Shown here: in pieces, positions 10,672 to 21,557 of the stretch
Layout: each line of letters opens with the position of its first letter
Numbering within the stretch: the first letter of the stretch is position 1
Assembly: GCF_000142905.1 (NCBI RefSeq)
Contig: NW_013657668.1
Span: 110,492 to 174,491 of the forward strand
DNA length: 64,000 bases
DNA from: Thecamonas trahens ATCC 50062
Taxonomy: Eukaryota > Protista > Apusomonadida
Reading direction: 5' to 3'
Position numbers and translations under genes: made by a program
Notes under the pieces: model-generated
What the model saw: the letters and a program-made list of their open reading frames with translations, nothing else
Told to the model about the DNA's origin: nothing
Database searches by the model: none

Positions 10672-13600
10672 ATGTCGGCCGCGCCTCGGAGCGGCACTCC
10701 GGGCAGACGGGGCAGCGGCAGACGACTTGAAGTACCACACAGCCACACACATGCACATACACATGCACATACACATGCTCGTACACATGGCCATGGCCAT
10801 GATGACTGGCGACGAGAGGCCGAGTCCAGAGAGCCTCAGGCCGGAGCCGGAGCCGGCGTCGGCGTCGGCCACGCTCCGCCGCGGCCTCTGCACCGCCCAC
10901 CGCTATCGACGCGCCCAATGCCACTTGCGGGAACGACATCGACGCGATACGCCGGTGGGCGGGTTGACTCGCTCGAGCGGAGGCTGCTGCGCGAGGAGAT
11001 CCTGGCGCTTTACGGCCGACAGCATCCCGGCAGGTCAAGCCGATCGTCATCGGGCGAGTTTGCAGACGCGACTGGGTGCGGCGGCGGGAGCGACGGGTCG
11101 ATCGCGGACGGAAGCGAGAGTGGGGGCGAGAGCGAGAGCTGTGGGAGTGATAGCAGGATGGAAGTGGCGGCGCGAAGGGTGCTGAACCACATCTCAGTGA
11201 CGGCAACGTCATGCTCGAGCTCGAGCGAGACCTTGAGCGAGGCCCGGAGCGTCGTCTCTGACGGCAACGACCTGCTCCATGCATGGGATGCGGCGCATAC
11301 GCCGCGAATGGAAGGATCGAGCCGTAGTACGCCACGGTCTGGGCGCCATGTGGTCGATGCGACGGGGACGGCCGGCGAGCGCAACTCGCGACTGGTGAGC
11401 CTCTCAGCCAAGCTGCACAACTTTGGCGGCTCGCTGCGGCGGCTCGACCGCGGTATCGTGTCATTTGTGGCCAAGTCTTCGGCGGCGATCACGTCAAAGC
11501 TCAAGGCGAGCCTCGGTTTCGACGACGTCGGTGCTGGCATCTCGATCGAGGAACTGGTGGCCGGCCTCACCCGAGAGCAGCGCGTGGCGCGGGCGGGATA
11601 CTTTATCGAGGACGCGATGCGCCACCGGTACCAGTTTGGCAAGGGCATGTACTACTTGCAGGACCCGCGACGGATGGCGGTGGTCTCGCTCCGCGAGCAC
11701 TGGGCGTATCAGGGAGCACTGCAACTGATTGTGATGTTGTACATGGCGCAGGCGCTGCTGGTGCTGCCTGACGAGGCGCGACCGGACGGGCGGCCGGCGA
11801 CGGTGTGGCGAGTGGGCGTCATGACTGCATTGCATGTAGCCAACGGGCTGGGTGCGGCGACGATTTTCAGCGACGTGCTGCTCCGATCGTATGTGTGGGG
11901 CTGGCGAGCCTTTGTACGGTCCAAGGTCTCGCTGCTTCAGGGTGTGCTGGTTGGTGTGCTGGTGGTTGACACTCTGGTCGCGCTGCTAGGGCTGACGTCG
12001 TCAACCGGGCGTGGGTTTAAGCTGGTGCGCGCGGGGCGGGCGCTACTTGTGTTTCGATCGCGGCGTGTGCGCGGGACGGTGGCGGCGGTGGTGGCGACGA
12101 TTCCATCTGTGCTTCATGTCTCGCTCTTCATTGTGCTTATCATGCTGATGTACGCAATCATGGCGATCCAGCTCTACAGCGAGGTGGACGGGTACACTAC
12201 ATTTGAGAACTTTGACTCGCTGGTGCCTGCAATGCGGTCACTGTTTGTCCTCCTCACGGCCGACAACTATCCGGACGTGGTAGTGCCTGCGGCGGGGCGG
12301 TCCGGGTATGCTGCGTGGGTATACTTTGCGTCGTTCCTGATTGTGGCGACGTTTGTCTCGTTCAACATTGTGCTCGCGGCGATGGTCCCATTCTACAAGG
12401 ACGAGCATCTCAACTTTGTGCTGATGGAACGGGTTCAGGAGCGCAAGGCGCTCATCTGCGCCTTTGCGCTCATCGACGTCGACTCGTCGGGCTGTCTCGA
12501 GGTGCCCGAGTTTGTTGAGACGGTGCTGAGGGTGGCGCCCGAGGCGTCGCCGGACAAGGTGGCCAAGCTGTTTGCGTTTGCCGACGCCGATGGTGACGGG
12601 ACGGTGGACATGCTGGAGTTCTTCGACATGTGCAATCTGCTCGTGCATCGCAAAAAGGACTTGCAGCCGGTCCACGGCCGGTCGCGGTACTGTGTCCCGA
12701 TGCGGATCCGGGTCATGGTCCACGAGTTTGTCGAGTCGCCGCTCGTCCAGTGGCTGCTCTTCATTCTCCTTGTGGCCAACACGGTGGTGTTTTGCCTCTT
12801 TGGTGCGGTCTCGAGCGAGGTCGAGGATCGTTTGCATGTCATCAACGACGTCTTTCTTGGCGTCTTCACCCTTGAGGTCGTGCTCAAGCTCGCGGCGCTC
12901 TCGCCGACGCTCTTCTTTGCCGACGTCTGGTCGCGATTTGACTTTGTGGCGGTCATTGTGTGTGGGCTCGGTTCACGACTGGTCAATGTGTACATCCAGC
13001 GCGCGGGTTGGGCGTCTGCAGGCGTCAAGTTCAACGTCCAGAGGTGGTCGCGGGGGCTGGGCGTGGTGAGGATCTTCCGCATCATGGCGGCGTTTTCGGC
13101 GTTCAAGGCCGTCGCCGAGACACTGTACAACATCCGCGGCATTCTCATTCAGTTTCTGGGCATCATCGGCCTTATTTTTTACATGTACGCCATTGTCGGG
13201 CTGGATCTGTTCACATATGCGCTGTCGGACGAGTGGGTCAACTTTGAGACGAGCTCCGGGGCAGCTCTGGTGCTATTCCAGGTACTCGCCGAGGCCGAGT
13301 GGGCGGATTTGATGTACGCCGCGATGGGGCACACCTCGGACTGGGCGGCGTACTACTTTCTCAGCTTTGTCGTTGTCACCAACATTCTCATCCTCAACAC
13401 CTTCATCTCGATCCTGCTCGAGGCATTTGAGACTGGGTTCGACATGAACCAGTTCAAGGTCAAAAAGTCGCACTTCAAGTCGGTGCTCCAGCGGTTCATG
13501 CCGTCTCGGGGCCGACGCGATGGCGAGCGCCGCAAGCGAGTCCGGCTCAGGGTGCCTTCGGGCTCGGGCTCACGGTCGGGCTCGTCATGCAACGACATGC

Positions 13601-14097
13601 CGGCTCGCCACGACTGGGAGCAAGCCATCCACGGCGAGCAGCTGGCAACCATCAGCGAGCGCGAACTGGCCGAGCTCGCGGCGGCCGGCGTCGACACGGC
13701 TCACTTGTCGCGGCTGATCGATGTCCGCCGCGAGTCGAGCACCGATCTTCTCGCGCCTGTCGACATAAGCCGCCCAGCCGTACCCAGGGTCGACGTTCTC
13801 CCGCCAACTCCGGCTGTCGAAAGATCCCCGGCATGCGAGCTGGACGGTTATGCGCTCTCGCAGTCGGACGACGCAGAAGCCTCGCTGACAGACTTGGTGA
13901 GGCCGGGCCTTGCGCTGACATCGGACGCGGACATTACGGCCCTTGGGCAGCAGAGTGTAGTTGGCCCAGCCGAGGGCGAGTCGTCCAGCGATTGGAGTGA
14001 TGACGAGGAAAGCGAGGTCGATGTGGATGCTGTGCTGGCTGTCCTCGCAGCGCGGAGGAGCGAGCGGGCTGCGCGCGCAGCCCGGGTCCGGACATGA
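10672..14097 (+). CDS. Two-pore channel (2x6TM) with an EF-hand linker
   Basis: Two 6TM units with Arg-rich S4 segments; pore loops FVLLTADNYPDV and LFQVLAEAEWADLM; EF loops DVDSSGCLEVPEF and DADGDGTVDMLEF; S6 LNTFISILLEAF. The true start may be a downstream ATG. Confidence 0.85.
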   Translation: MSAAPRSGTPGRRGSGRRLEVPHSHTHAHTHAHTHARTHGHGHDDWRREAESREPQAGAGAGVGVGHAPPRPLHRPPLSTRPMPLAGTTSTRYAGGRVDSLERRLLREEILALYGRQHPGRSSRSSSGEFADATGCGGGSDGSIADGSESGGESESCGSDSRMEVAARRVLNHISVTATSCSSSSETLSEARSVVSDGNDLLHAWDAAHTPRMEGSSRSTPRSGRHVVDATGTAGERNSRLVSLSAKLHNFGGSLRRLDRGIVSFVAKSSAAITSKLKASLGFDDVGAGISIEELVAGLTREQRVARAGYFIEDAMRHRYQFGKGMYYLQDPRRMAVVSLREHWAYQGALQLIVMLYMAQALLVLPDEARPDGRPATVWRVGVMTALHVANGLGAATIFSDVLLRSYVWGWRAFVRSKVSLLQGVLVGVLVVDTLVALLGLTSSTGRGFKLVRAGRALLVFRSRRVRGTVAAVVATIPSVLHVSLFIVLIMLMYAIMAIQLYSEVDGYTTFENFDSLVPAMRSLFVLLTADNYPDVVVPAAGRSGYAAWVYFASFLIVATFVSFNIVLAAMVPFYKDEHLNFVLMERVQERKALICAFALIDVDSSGCLEVPEFVETVLRVAPEASPDKVAKLFAFADADGDGTVDMLEFFDMCNLLVHRKKDLQPVHGRSRYCVPMRIRVMVHEFVESPLVQWLLFILLVANTVVFCLFGAVSSEVEDRLHVINDVFLGVFTLEVVLKLAALSPTLFFADVWSRFDFVAVIVCGLGSRLVNVYIQRAGWASAGVKFNVQRWSRGLGVVRIFRIMAAFSAFKAVAETLYNIRGILIQFLGIIGLIFYMYAIVGLDLFTYALSDEWVNFETSSGAALVLFQVLAEAEWADLMYAAMGHTSDWAAYYFLSFVVVTNILILNTFISILLEAFETGFDMNQFKVKKSHFKSVLQRFMPSRGRRDGERRKRVRLRVPSGSGSRSGSSCNDMPARHDWEQAIHGEQLATISERELAELAAAGVDTAHLSRLIDVRRESSTDLLAPVDISRPAVPRVDVLPPTPAVERSPACELDGYALSQSDDAEASLTDLVRPGLALTSDADITALGQQSVVGPAEGESSSDWSDDEESEVDVDAVLAVLAARRSERAARAARVRT

Positions 14098-14149
14098 AAG
14101 CGCACGTGCGCAGGAAAGCCGCATTGCCAGCTTTCGCCCCCTGGTATGC

Positions 14150-15658
14150 TCAGGAGGTAGGGCAGCCGTAGCGAGCCGTCCATGCCGTGCAGGACATCGA
14201 GGTGACACGCGGGTGGCGAGGCGGGTGTGGTTCGTAGGTGAATGGCGGAATGGCATCGACATAAGAGACCGAGACGACCGGCGAGCTAGGGGACAGCGGT
14301 GCAGAGGTACAGAGCCAGGCCGTGGTGTGAAAGAAGCGGCGCTCGGTGAGCGCATCGTACACGCCGTACTCGCTGATTGCAAGCATGCCAATGTCGGCGT
14401 GAACGAGCGAAGCCTCTGTCGAACCAGGTGCAGGCCAAGCCGGTGTATCGCCGTGGGCCGGCATCGAAGCGGTCAGAATGACGCCCGACGCGGTGTTGCC
14501 GGTGTAGAGATTGTAGCGGAGCGGGTCCGGAATGCCACCGTAGAGGCCAACGAGGGGGATGACGAGTGCCACAGCGAGTAGCAGAGCAAAGTACGCCGAG
14601 GCCGCGAGCGGCGAGACAAACGACGAGTACGCGTCGAGAACCGGGAGCAGGTGGCAGGGAGGTGACGTATGGGCATTGACGCGCCGGCGGTACTTGGCCG
14701 CCGGATCATCGATGCCGGAAGCAGGGTCTGAGTCCGGCGACAGTGCCAGGACCGGTGCAATCCAGAGAAGCGCCAGCAGTGCAGCGTGATGGAGGTTCCA
14801 GGCCCAGACAGCATGATTCCAGCCGTGAGCGTAGAGCGAGACAACGATGTAGAGGTGCATGGCGACGAGGGCGGCGGCGACAGCAGCTGCGGCGAGGTCC
14901 AGTACGCGGACAAACAGCGAGTGGGAGCTGTGCGGAGGCGGCGGTCCCGGTGCGAGCGCCCAGAAGCCAATCGAAGCAGCGAGGAGGACAAGACCGCCGC
15001 CAACTTCGAGGACAACAGCGGCGGCTTCGCCGTAGCGGTCGATGATGGCCAGGAGAAGGCTCGCGCCGGGCATGACAGAGGCAAGAAGAAAGGTCCGCGC
15101 TGGGCCGATGACAAAGTCAAAAGCACCGGCAAAGAGCGAGGTGAGCTTGCCGAGGCCAGAGGCCAGATACACGCCTGCAAGGATGATGCGGACAGAGGCA
15201 GTTCCGGCGACTTGCGGGAGCGCTCGCGGGACAGCGCCGAGCCCGATCAGCATCCACGAGAGCTCCCATGTGTACGGCTGAAGTCGGCGCTCGTGTGGGA
15301 CAACGACGGCGAGACCAAGAAGGCCAACCGCGAGCACGAGTGTCCGGAGGAGAGTCTGTGCCATGATGGGCGGGCGGGCGATGGCGGCAAGGACAAGAAG
15401 CGAGGCAGCCAGATACGCGGGGACAAGAACCAGATCCAGCGCGGGAGCCCATGGCACCAACCAGCACGGCAGCCAGAAAGCCGGCAGCGGAGGCAGCGAT
15501 GGTGGCGGAGCGAAGAGCCATGACAGCAGCAGAGTGGGCACAAAGGCCTTTGGCGCCGCCCATGTCATGGTGACCAACAGAGCCATCACCGTCACCGCCG
15601 TGGTCAGCTCCCATAGATGGGTCGAGGTCATGCGGGCGGAGGCCTGTACTTTGCGCAT
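14150..15658 (-). CDS. Polytopic membrane protein, HTTM/DoxX-MauE-like
   Basis: Many hydrophobic segments; motifs RLQPY, VYLASGLGKL, MHLYIV...WNHAVWAWN and YNLYTGN resemble a bacterial HTTM-type family. Confidence 0.55.
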   Translation of the reverse strand: MRKVQASARMTSTHLWELTTAVTVMALLVTMTWAAPKAFVPTLLLSWLFAPPPSLPPLPAFWLPCWLVPWAPALDLVLVPAYLAASLLVLAAIARPPIMAQTLLRTLVLAVGLLGLAVVVPHERRLQPYTWELSWMLIGLGAVPRALPQVAGTASVRIILAGVYLASGLGKLTSLFAGAFDFVIGPARTFLLASVMPGASLLLAIIDRYGEAAAVVLEVGGGLVLLAASIGFWALAPGPPPPHSSHSLFVRVLDLAAAAVAAALVAMHLYIVVSLYAHGWNHAVWAWNLHHAALLALLWIAPVLALSPDSDPASGIDDPAAKYRRRVNAHTSPPCHLLPVLDAYSSFVSPLAASAYFALLLAVALVIPLVGLYGGIPDPLRYNLYTGNTASGVILTASMPAHGDTPAWPAPGSTEASLVHADIGMLAISEYGVYDALTERRFFHTTAWLCTSAPLSPSSPVVSVSYVDAIPPFTYEPHPPRHPRVTSMSCTAWTARYGCPTS

Positions 15659-15659
15659 G

Positions 15660-16010
15660 TTGTGGAGGAGGAGGAGGGGGGAGGGGGGAGGGGGGGGGGG
15701 GGGGGGGCAGGGGACAGGTGGGGCCGGGGGGGGGGGGGAGAGGGGGGGGCGGAAAGCCAACCTGTGTGGCGGTGGCAGCCAGGGCCAGGGTCAGGCTCAC
15801 ACCACAGCTACGAACAAGGCACTACATCACCTGACTGCACACACACTCACACACACACACACACACACACACGTACATACAACACACGTACATACAACAC
15901 ACACACTCTCTCTCTCTCTCTTGCTCACACCCATATACGCTCGCACACTCTCTCTCCCCTCCCCTCCCCTACCCGAACACCTCCACACACACCTCCCTCC
16001 CCCCCCCCCC
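15660..16010. repeat. G-tract, (CA)n/(CT)n and C-tract low-complexity spacer between divergent genes
   Basis: Visible homopolymers and dinucleotide runs. Confidence 0.8.
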
Positions 16011-16596
16011 GCTCGTGAAAAAAAACTTTTCAATACATAAGAAAACCCCCATTCCGCGTTGGAGCCTAGCCAAAGAGCTAAACGGGAAATTTGTTTTTTG
16101 CAACGTTATTAAGCTGATTAAATCAAGCAATACAGGGACAGAGTGAGACATGAAAAAACGAAATAGCGAGGAATAGGAGATCTCCCAAAAGGAGTCAAGA
16201 TCATATGCAATGATCAAGATGATCGCACACACAGCGCGATCCAACTGAGGNNNNNNNNNNNNNNNNNNNNNNNNNNNNNNNNNNNNNNNNNNNNNNNNNN
16301 NNNNNNNNNNNNNNNNNNNNNNNNNNNNNNNNNNNNNNNNNNNNNNNNNNNNNNNNNNNNNNNNNNNNNNNNNNNNNNNNNNNNNNNNNNNNNNNNNNNN
16401 NNNNNNNNNNNNNNNNNNNNNNNNNNNNNNNNNNNNNNNNNNNNNNNNNNNNNNNNNNNNNNNNNNNNNNNNNNNNNNNNNNNNNNNNCCTCTCCTCCCC
16501 TCCCCCTCCCCCTAACCCAACCACCACCACCACACCACCTCCCCCTCCCCCCCCCCACCCACACACACACGTATACATACGCCACAGAAACACAAC

Positions 16597-17490
16597 ATGG
16601 CACTGGTGGCATGCAAGGCGGCGTGCAAGGCTTGTGACTTTGTGGGCGACTCGGTGGCGGCGTGCGCTGGAGCGGTCGAGGAGGGCTGTGCTGCCATCTG
16701 TCCGGCCGACAAGCCGCTGCCCATCTTCCTCACCTTTGCTCTGGCTACAAACGCCATTTCGGGCGTCATGTCGCTGGTGTATGCCGCAAGAGAGTGGAGC
16801 AACTCGTGCGGCGAGCCGTTGCAGACCTTCTGTCTTGTCGCCGGCTTTATCGCTGCCGTCAATGTCGCCTTTGCCTCGTATCTGTACTACCGCACCGCCC
16901 ATCCGCTGCCCGGCATGGAGGAGAACTCGGTCCTCGACCGCTCGTGGCATCTGTTTCTCTACGACCCAGGCGTGTACTGCTACCTGTTCTTCTACCTCTT
17001 TGCCTTTGGCTGGAACTTTGCCGGCGCCTCGTGGCTTGCCGACTCGCAGTGCAAGGGCTCGGATCTGCACCGCATGGCCTCGGCGGCCTCGTTGCTGCTC
17101 TGGCTGTACCTCGGCGGCGGCGTGGCGGTCATTGTTCTCTCACTCTGCTTTCAGTGCTCGCGCGAGGACGACGTTATGGCTGCCCGTCGCGCAAGGGTCC
17201 GCGAGCAGCACTCGCGGCGCGCCGCGGCCTCGACCGCGTACTCGGGCCCGCCGCCAGTGGCGTCGGCCGCGGACAGCGCCCCGGCCTCGCCGCGGGTAGC
17301 CCGCTCGCTCCGCCCCATGGCCCGCCCACTGCGGAGCCCGGGCAAGTACACTCCGGCGCCGGTCTCGCCGGCCAAGCACGTGGGCAGCTTTGCGGCCGCG
17401 CGGCCGTCGAGCCCGCCGCCGCAATACGCGCCGGCAGCCTCGCCAGCGGTTGTCAGCCCGCCGCGCGGCTACCGGCAGGCCCAGTACTGA
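16597..17490 (+). CDS. Four-TM membrane protein (TMEM272-like) with Cys-rich N-terminus and Pro/Ser tail
   Basis: Four hydrophobic helices; CGEPL..F..VAG and [14 protein letters not shown] motifs; C-ending codon bias. Confidence 0.65.
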   Translation: MALVACKAACKACDFVGDSVAACAGAVEEGCAAICPADKPLPIFLTFALATNAISGVMSLVYAAREWSNSCGEPLQTFCLVAGFIAAVNVAFASYLYYRTAHPLPGMEENSVLDRSWHLFLYDPGVYCYLFFYLFAFGWNFAGASWLADSQCKGSDLHRMASAASLLLWLYLGGGVAVIVLSLCFQCSREDDVMAARRARVREQHSRRAAASTAYSGPPPVASAADSAPASPRVARSLRPMARPLRSPGKYTPAPVSPAKHVGSFAAARPSSPPPQYAPAASPAVVSPPRGYRQAQY

Positions 17491-17508
17491 TCGCAGAGGC
17501 AGACGTGT

Positions 17509-19910
17509 TCACTTGCGCGGCGCAATGTCAAACTCAAAGGAGACGTCCTCGGGGAGGTTGGGTGCGGAGCCAGCCGGGGCGGCGGCGAGGGCGTCAATGG
17601 CGGCCTGCGGAGCGCGGATAGTGACAACCGACTCGCGGTCGAGGCCACCCTCAAGAACGCGCAGGGCGAGCGGGTTGACGATCTGGCGCTTGATGACGCG
17701 GCCGAGTGGGCGGGCGCCGTAGACTGGATCGTAGCCGAGGGTGGCAAGCAGGTCTTTGGCGCGTCGTCGAGCTCGAGCGTGATCCGCTTGTCCTGCAGGG
17801 TGGTGACAAGGTCGGCGACCTGGATGTCGACGATGGAGCGCATGGTGGTCCGGTCGAGGCGGTTGAAGAGAACCACCTCGTCGATGCGGTTGACAAACTC
17901 GGGCGCAAAGAACGACTGGACCTGCTCCAGTACCGCAGGCTCGGCCTCGGACGCAGGGGCGCCGTCGGGCAAGCCGGCAAGCGCTGACGAGCCGAGGTTT
18001 GACGTCATGAGGATGACGGTGTTGGTAAAGTCAACGGTCCGGCCCTGACCGTCGGTGAGGCGGCCGTCGTCGAGGACCTGCAGCAGGACGTTGAAGATCG
18101 ACGGATGGGCCTTCTCGACCTCATCGAGCACAACAAGCGAGTATGGCTTGCGGCGAACAGCCTCAGTCAGCTGGCCGCCCTCATCGTGGCCGACATAGCC
18201 CGGTGGCGCGCCGGTGAGCCGCGACACAGTGTGCTTTTCGGCATACTCGGACATGTCAATGCGGATGAGCGCCGTCTCAGTGTCAAACATGTACTCAGCA
18301 AGCGCCTTGGCGAGCTCGGTCTTGCCGACCCCGGTCGGACCGAGGCAGAGGAACGAGCCAATGGGTCGCGACTTGGGCGCGAGGCCGGCGCGCGAGACCC
18401 GGATGGCCGACGCGACGGCCTGGAGCGCCGCGTCCTGCCCTGCCACCCGCTTGCTGAGCACGTCTTCGAGATGGAGCACCTTGTCGCGCTCGCCGTGGAG
18501 GAGGCGGTCCGTTGGAATGCCGGTCGTCCGCGCCACCACCGACGCAATGTCGGCGTCGGTCACGGCCTCGGAGAGCAGCTCGAGCTCAAGGTCCTCGTCG
18601 TCGTCAGGCACGGCCTCTTCGAGCTTGGGAATGATCGAGTACATGAGCTCGCCGGCTCGTGCGAGGTTGCCCTCGCGCTGCGCTTTGGCCAGCTCGGCGC
18701 GCGCCTCTTCGAGCTCCTGCTGCGCGTTCTTGGCGCGGTGCAGGAGGTCGCGCTCGATCTGCCACTTAGAGTGCAGCTTGCTCGCCTCCTCCTGGAGGCC
18801 GACAAGCTCGCTCTCCAGCGCCGCAAGCCTCTCCTTGGACGCCAGATCCGTCTCCTGCTTCAGCGCCTGCGCCTCGATCTGCATTCGCAGCACGCGGCGC
18901 TCGAGCTTCTCCAGGCTCTCTGGCTTGCTCTCGGACTCGAGCCGGAGTCGAGCCGCAGCCTCGTCAATGAGGTCGATGGCCTTGTCGGGCTGGAACCGGT
19001 CGGCAATATACCGCGACGAGAGCGTGGCCGCCGCAATGCATGCCGCGTCGGTGATGCGGATGCCGTGGTGCGCCTCGAGCTTGGGCTTGAGCCCACGCAG
19101 GATCGAGACCGTGTCGTCTGTCGACGGCTCCTCAATGAGGACCGGCTGGAACCGCCGCGCCAGTGCCGCGTCCTTCTCGATGATACGGTACTCGGCAAGG
19201 GTAGTTGCACCGACGCAGTGCAGCTCACCGCGCGCGAGCGCAGGCTTGATCATATTGCCGGCGTCCATCGAGCCCTCAGCGGCGCCGGCGCCCACAATGG
19301 TGTGGATCTCGTCGATGAAGAGGACCACGTCGTCGGCCGAAGTCACATCCTTCAACACTTCCTTGAGTCGCTCCTCAAACTCGCCGCGGAACTTGGCGCC
19401 GGCCACCATCGCCGACACGTCGAGCGAGGCCACACGCTTCGACTTGATCGACTCGGGCACGTCGCCGGCCACAATCCGCTGCGCGATGCCCTCAACCACC
19501 GCCGTCTTGCCCACTCCGGGCGAGCCAATCAGAATCGGGTTGTTCTTCCGCCGCCGTGCCAGTACCTCGAGCGTCCGCCGGATCTCTGTGTCGCGCCCGA
19601 TGACCGGATCGAGCTTGCCCTCGCGCGCCGCAGCCGTCAGATCGGTCGCGTACTTGTTGAGCGCCTCGCCGCGGACCCGAGCGTCCGGATGGACCCACGG
19701 CTCGGGCTGCCGCGGTGGCGGCGGAGGCGGCGGCCTCGACGATGCCCATCGCGCAGCCGCCAGCCGCCAGGTCGCCGCCACCGCGCCTCCAGTCGGCATC
19801 GTCGTCCACGCCAGGAAGCCCCACTTTGCCGCCTCCCCGCCCGCTGCCGCCCGTGCAGTCGCGACGCTCTTTGCTGTCGCCGGGAGCTGGCGAACGAGTG
19901 TGCGGAGCAT
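17509..19910 (-). CDS. HSP78: Mitochondrial ClpB/Hsp78 disaggregase (no N-domain); apparent 1-bp deletion at ~17760
   Basis: [25 protein letters not shown]-domain coiled coil, [17 protein letters not shown] and [12 protein letters not shown]. The shifted frame supplies [11 protein letters not shown]..., ending at TGA 17509-17511. Transit peptide MLRTLVRQ. Confidence 0.92.
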
Positions 19911-21363
19911 GGAGAGATGCTGTGGGTATGTGTGTAGGATGTGGTGTGCGAAGAGAGTGAGATGTGGCTCCAAGGAGGTGGCAGGCCAGGACGCGTCACC
20001 GTCACCAACAGGTGGCCTCCGCTGGGCGACTGGGTCAACATGAGTCGGTTGCGAATTCTGTGGTGTGTTCGTGAAGCCTCGGCGGCAAACGTGTGAGGGT
20101 TTTTGATGAGCAGTGCATGGTGCATAGCGATCTTAGGCTCTGATGGAAGAAAGGGAAGTGGGGAGAAGGGGGAGGGTGGGGGGGGGGGGGAGGGGGAGGG
20201 GAGGGCAGTGGGTCGGGGGGANNNNNNNNNNNNNNNNNNNNNNNNNNNNNNNNNNNNNNNNNNNNNNNNNNNNNNNNNNNNNNNNNNNNNNNNNNNNNNN
20301 NNNNNNNNNNNNNNNNNNNNNGAAGGAGAGATCGTGACAGAGATCTACCTAGAACAGAAAAAAGCACTCTGTCTTGATTCCAAGCCACCCCTCAAACGAT
20401 TTACCTCGGTCCTGGACCCGACACCCACAGATGTACGAGTTTTGTAGAACAAACGCTACTCCTCGAGGAACCCCGTCTCCATTCGGCCAGAACCAGATTT
20501 TCCATTGGCCTTCAAGTGCACCGGCGGGGAGGCGTTTTGAGGGGCATTTTCGTGGGGGGGGGGGGGGGGCAGGAGCAGATGACGAGCAGAGCGCAAGAGA
20601 TCGATCGCGCAGGGGATGATGCAGAAGACTCGAGAGGCCTGATCGAGGTGGCAAAGACAGCGATGTCAGAGTGGCTCCTACTTTCAGCATGCACACTATC
20701 TATCTCAACTATTCGGGGTCCTGGTGGTCCTCCAGGTCTCGTCTGGGGCTTGCAAGGCTACAAGAAACATGAGATGAGAGCAAGAAGTGTGACGATCTCC
20801 AAAAAAGGCTCGCTGACGGCAAATGGGCTGATGTGGAGAACGTGGTCCATGGGGCGCTTTCTTCTTCTTGCCCTCGTCAACCCAGCATCAATCGCACCCC
20901 GACCACAATCCCTATCTCTACCACGTGCGTGTGCAGCTTGCTCCACTCTTCATCGCCACCACTATTATAGAGCGAGCACAACGCTGATGATGATGATGAT
21001 GATGATGTGCTTGTCCGAGAAAAAGCATCGGAGCCTAGCGGACCCCAGCCAGCGTCCCGCCAGTGGGCGGCGCAGCACGCGCGTCCGGCATCAATGGCCG
21101 TTGGTGATACTCTGGCTGGACTTTTGCCGACAATCCAGGCGAGCGCCACGCCGCCTGCGCGCCGAGCACGCTCGGTGCCGATTGCGCGTCGCCGAGTTCG
21201 ACGCCGTCGCCCGATGAGCGGCGTGACGACGGACGAGTGACCGACGAGCGGCAAGGGCAAGGGCAAGGGCAAGGGCAAGAGCGCAGACTTGTCTCGGCGG
21301 TAGCTGCAGGCGATGGCGAGCGATGGCATGCAGCGTCGATCACGGGGAGTATCGGGCGAAGCG

Positions 21364-21557
21364 ATGAACGACAGAGTAGGCAGCAGGGGAGGGAGCAATG
21401 GCAGCAGGCCCAGCCCTGCCTCGATGACCGACTTTAACGAGACCCACTACGTGTTCAAGGCCATGGTGGTGTACGCCGTCCTCATCGCCGACGTCGTGGT
21501 CAATGCCTTCTACGAGCCTCCCCGCCCCACCCTCCTCGAGGTGCTGGTTGTCTTTAT
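21364..21557 (+). CDS. First exon of a probable TMEM138-like ciliary membrane protein (remainder in the gap)
   Basis: YAVLIADVVVNAFYE...LLEVLVVF resembles the TMEM138 N-terminus (LLSYDLFVNSFSE...IQLVLFI). GTACGC donor at 21558. Confidence 0.45.

Noticed and set aside
16010-16250. AT-rich island that could be foreign DNA or an organellar insertion
   Set aside because: It sits between a poly-C tract and an N gap with no recognisable coding; most likely a low-quality read end. The same applies to 20322-20540 and 55330-55640.
18105-20043. Two ~610-aa + strand ORFs opposite Hsp78
   Set aside because: Antisense shadow ORFs caused by GC-rich codon bias; no motifs.
20560-21310. Possible gene(s) between Hsp78 and the TMEM138-like exon, with (GAT)n and (GGGCAA)n repeats
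   Set aside because: No frame shows a convincing motif or splice structure; left unannotated.
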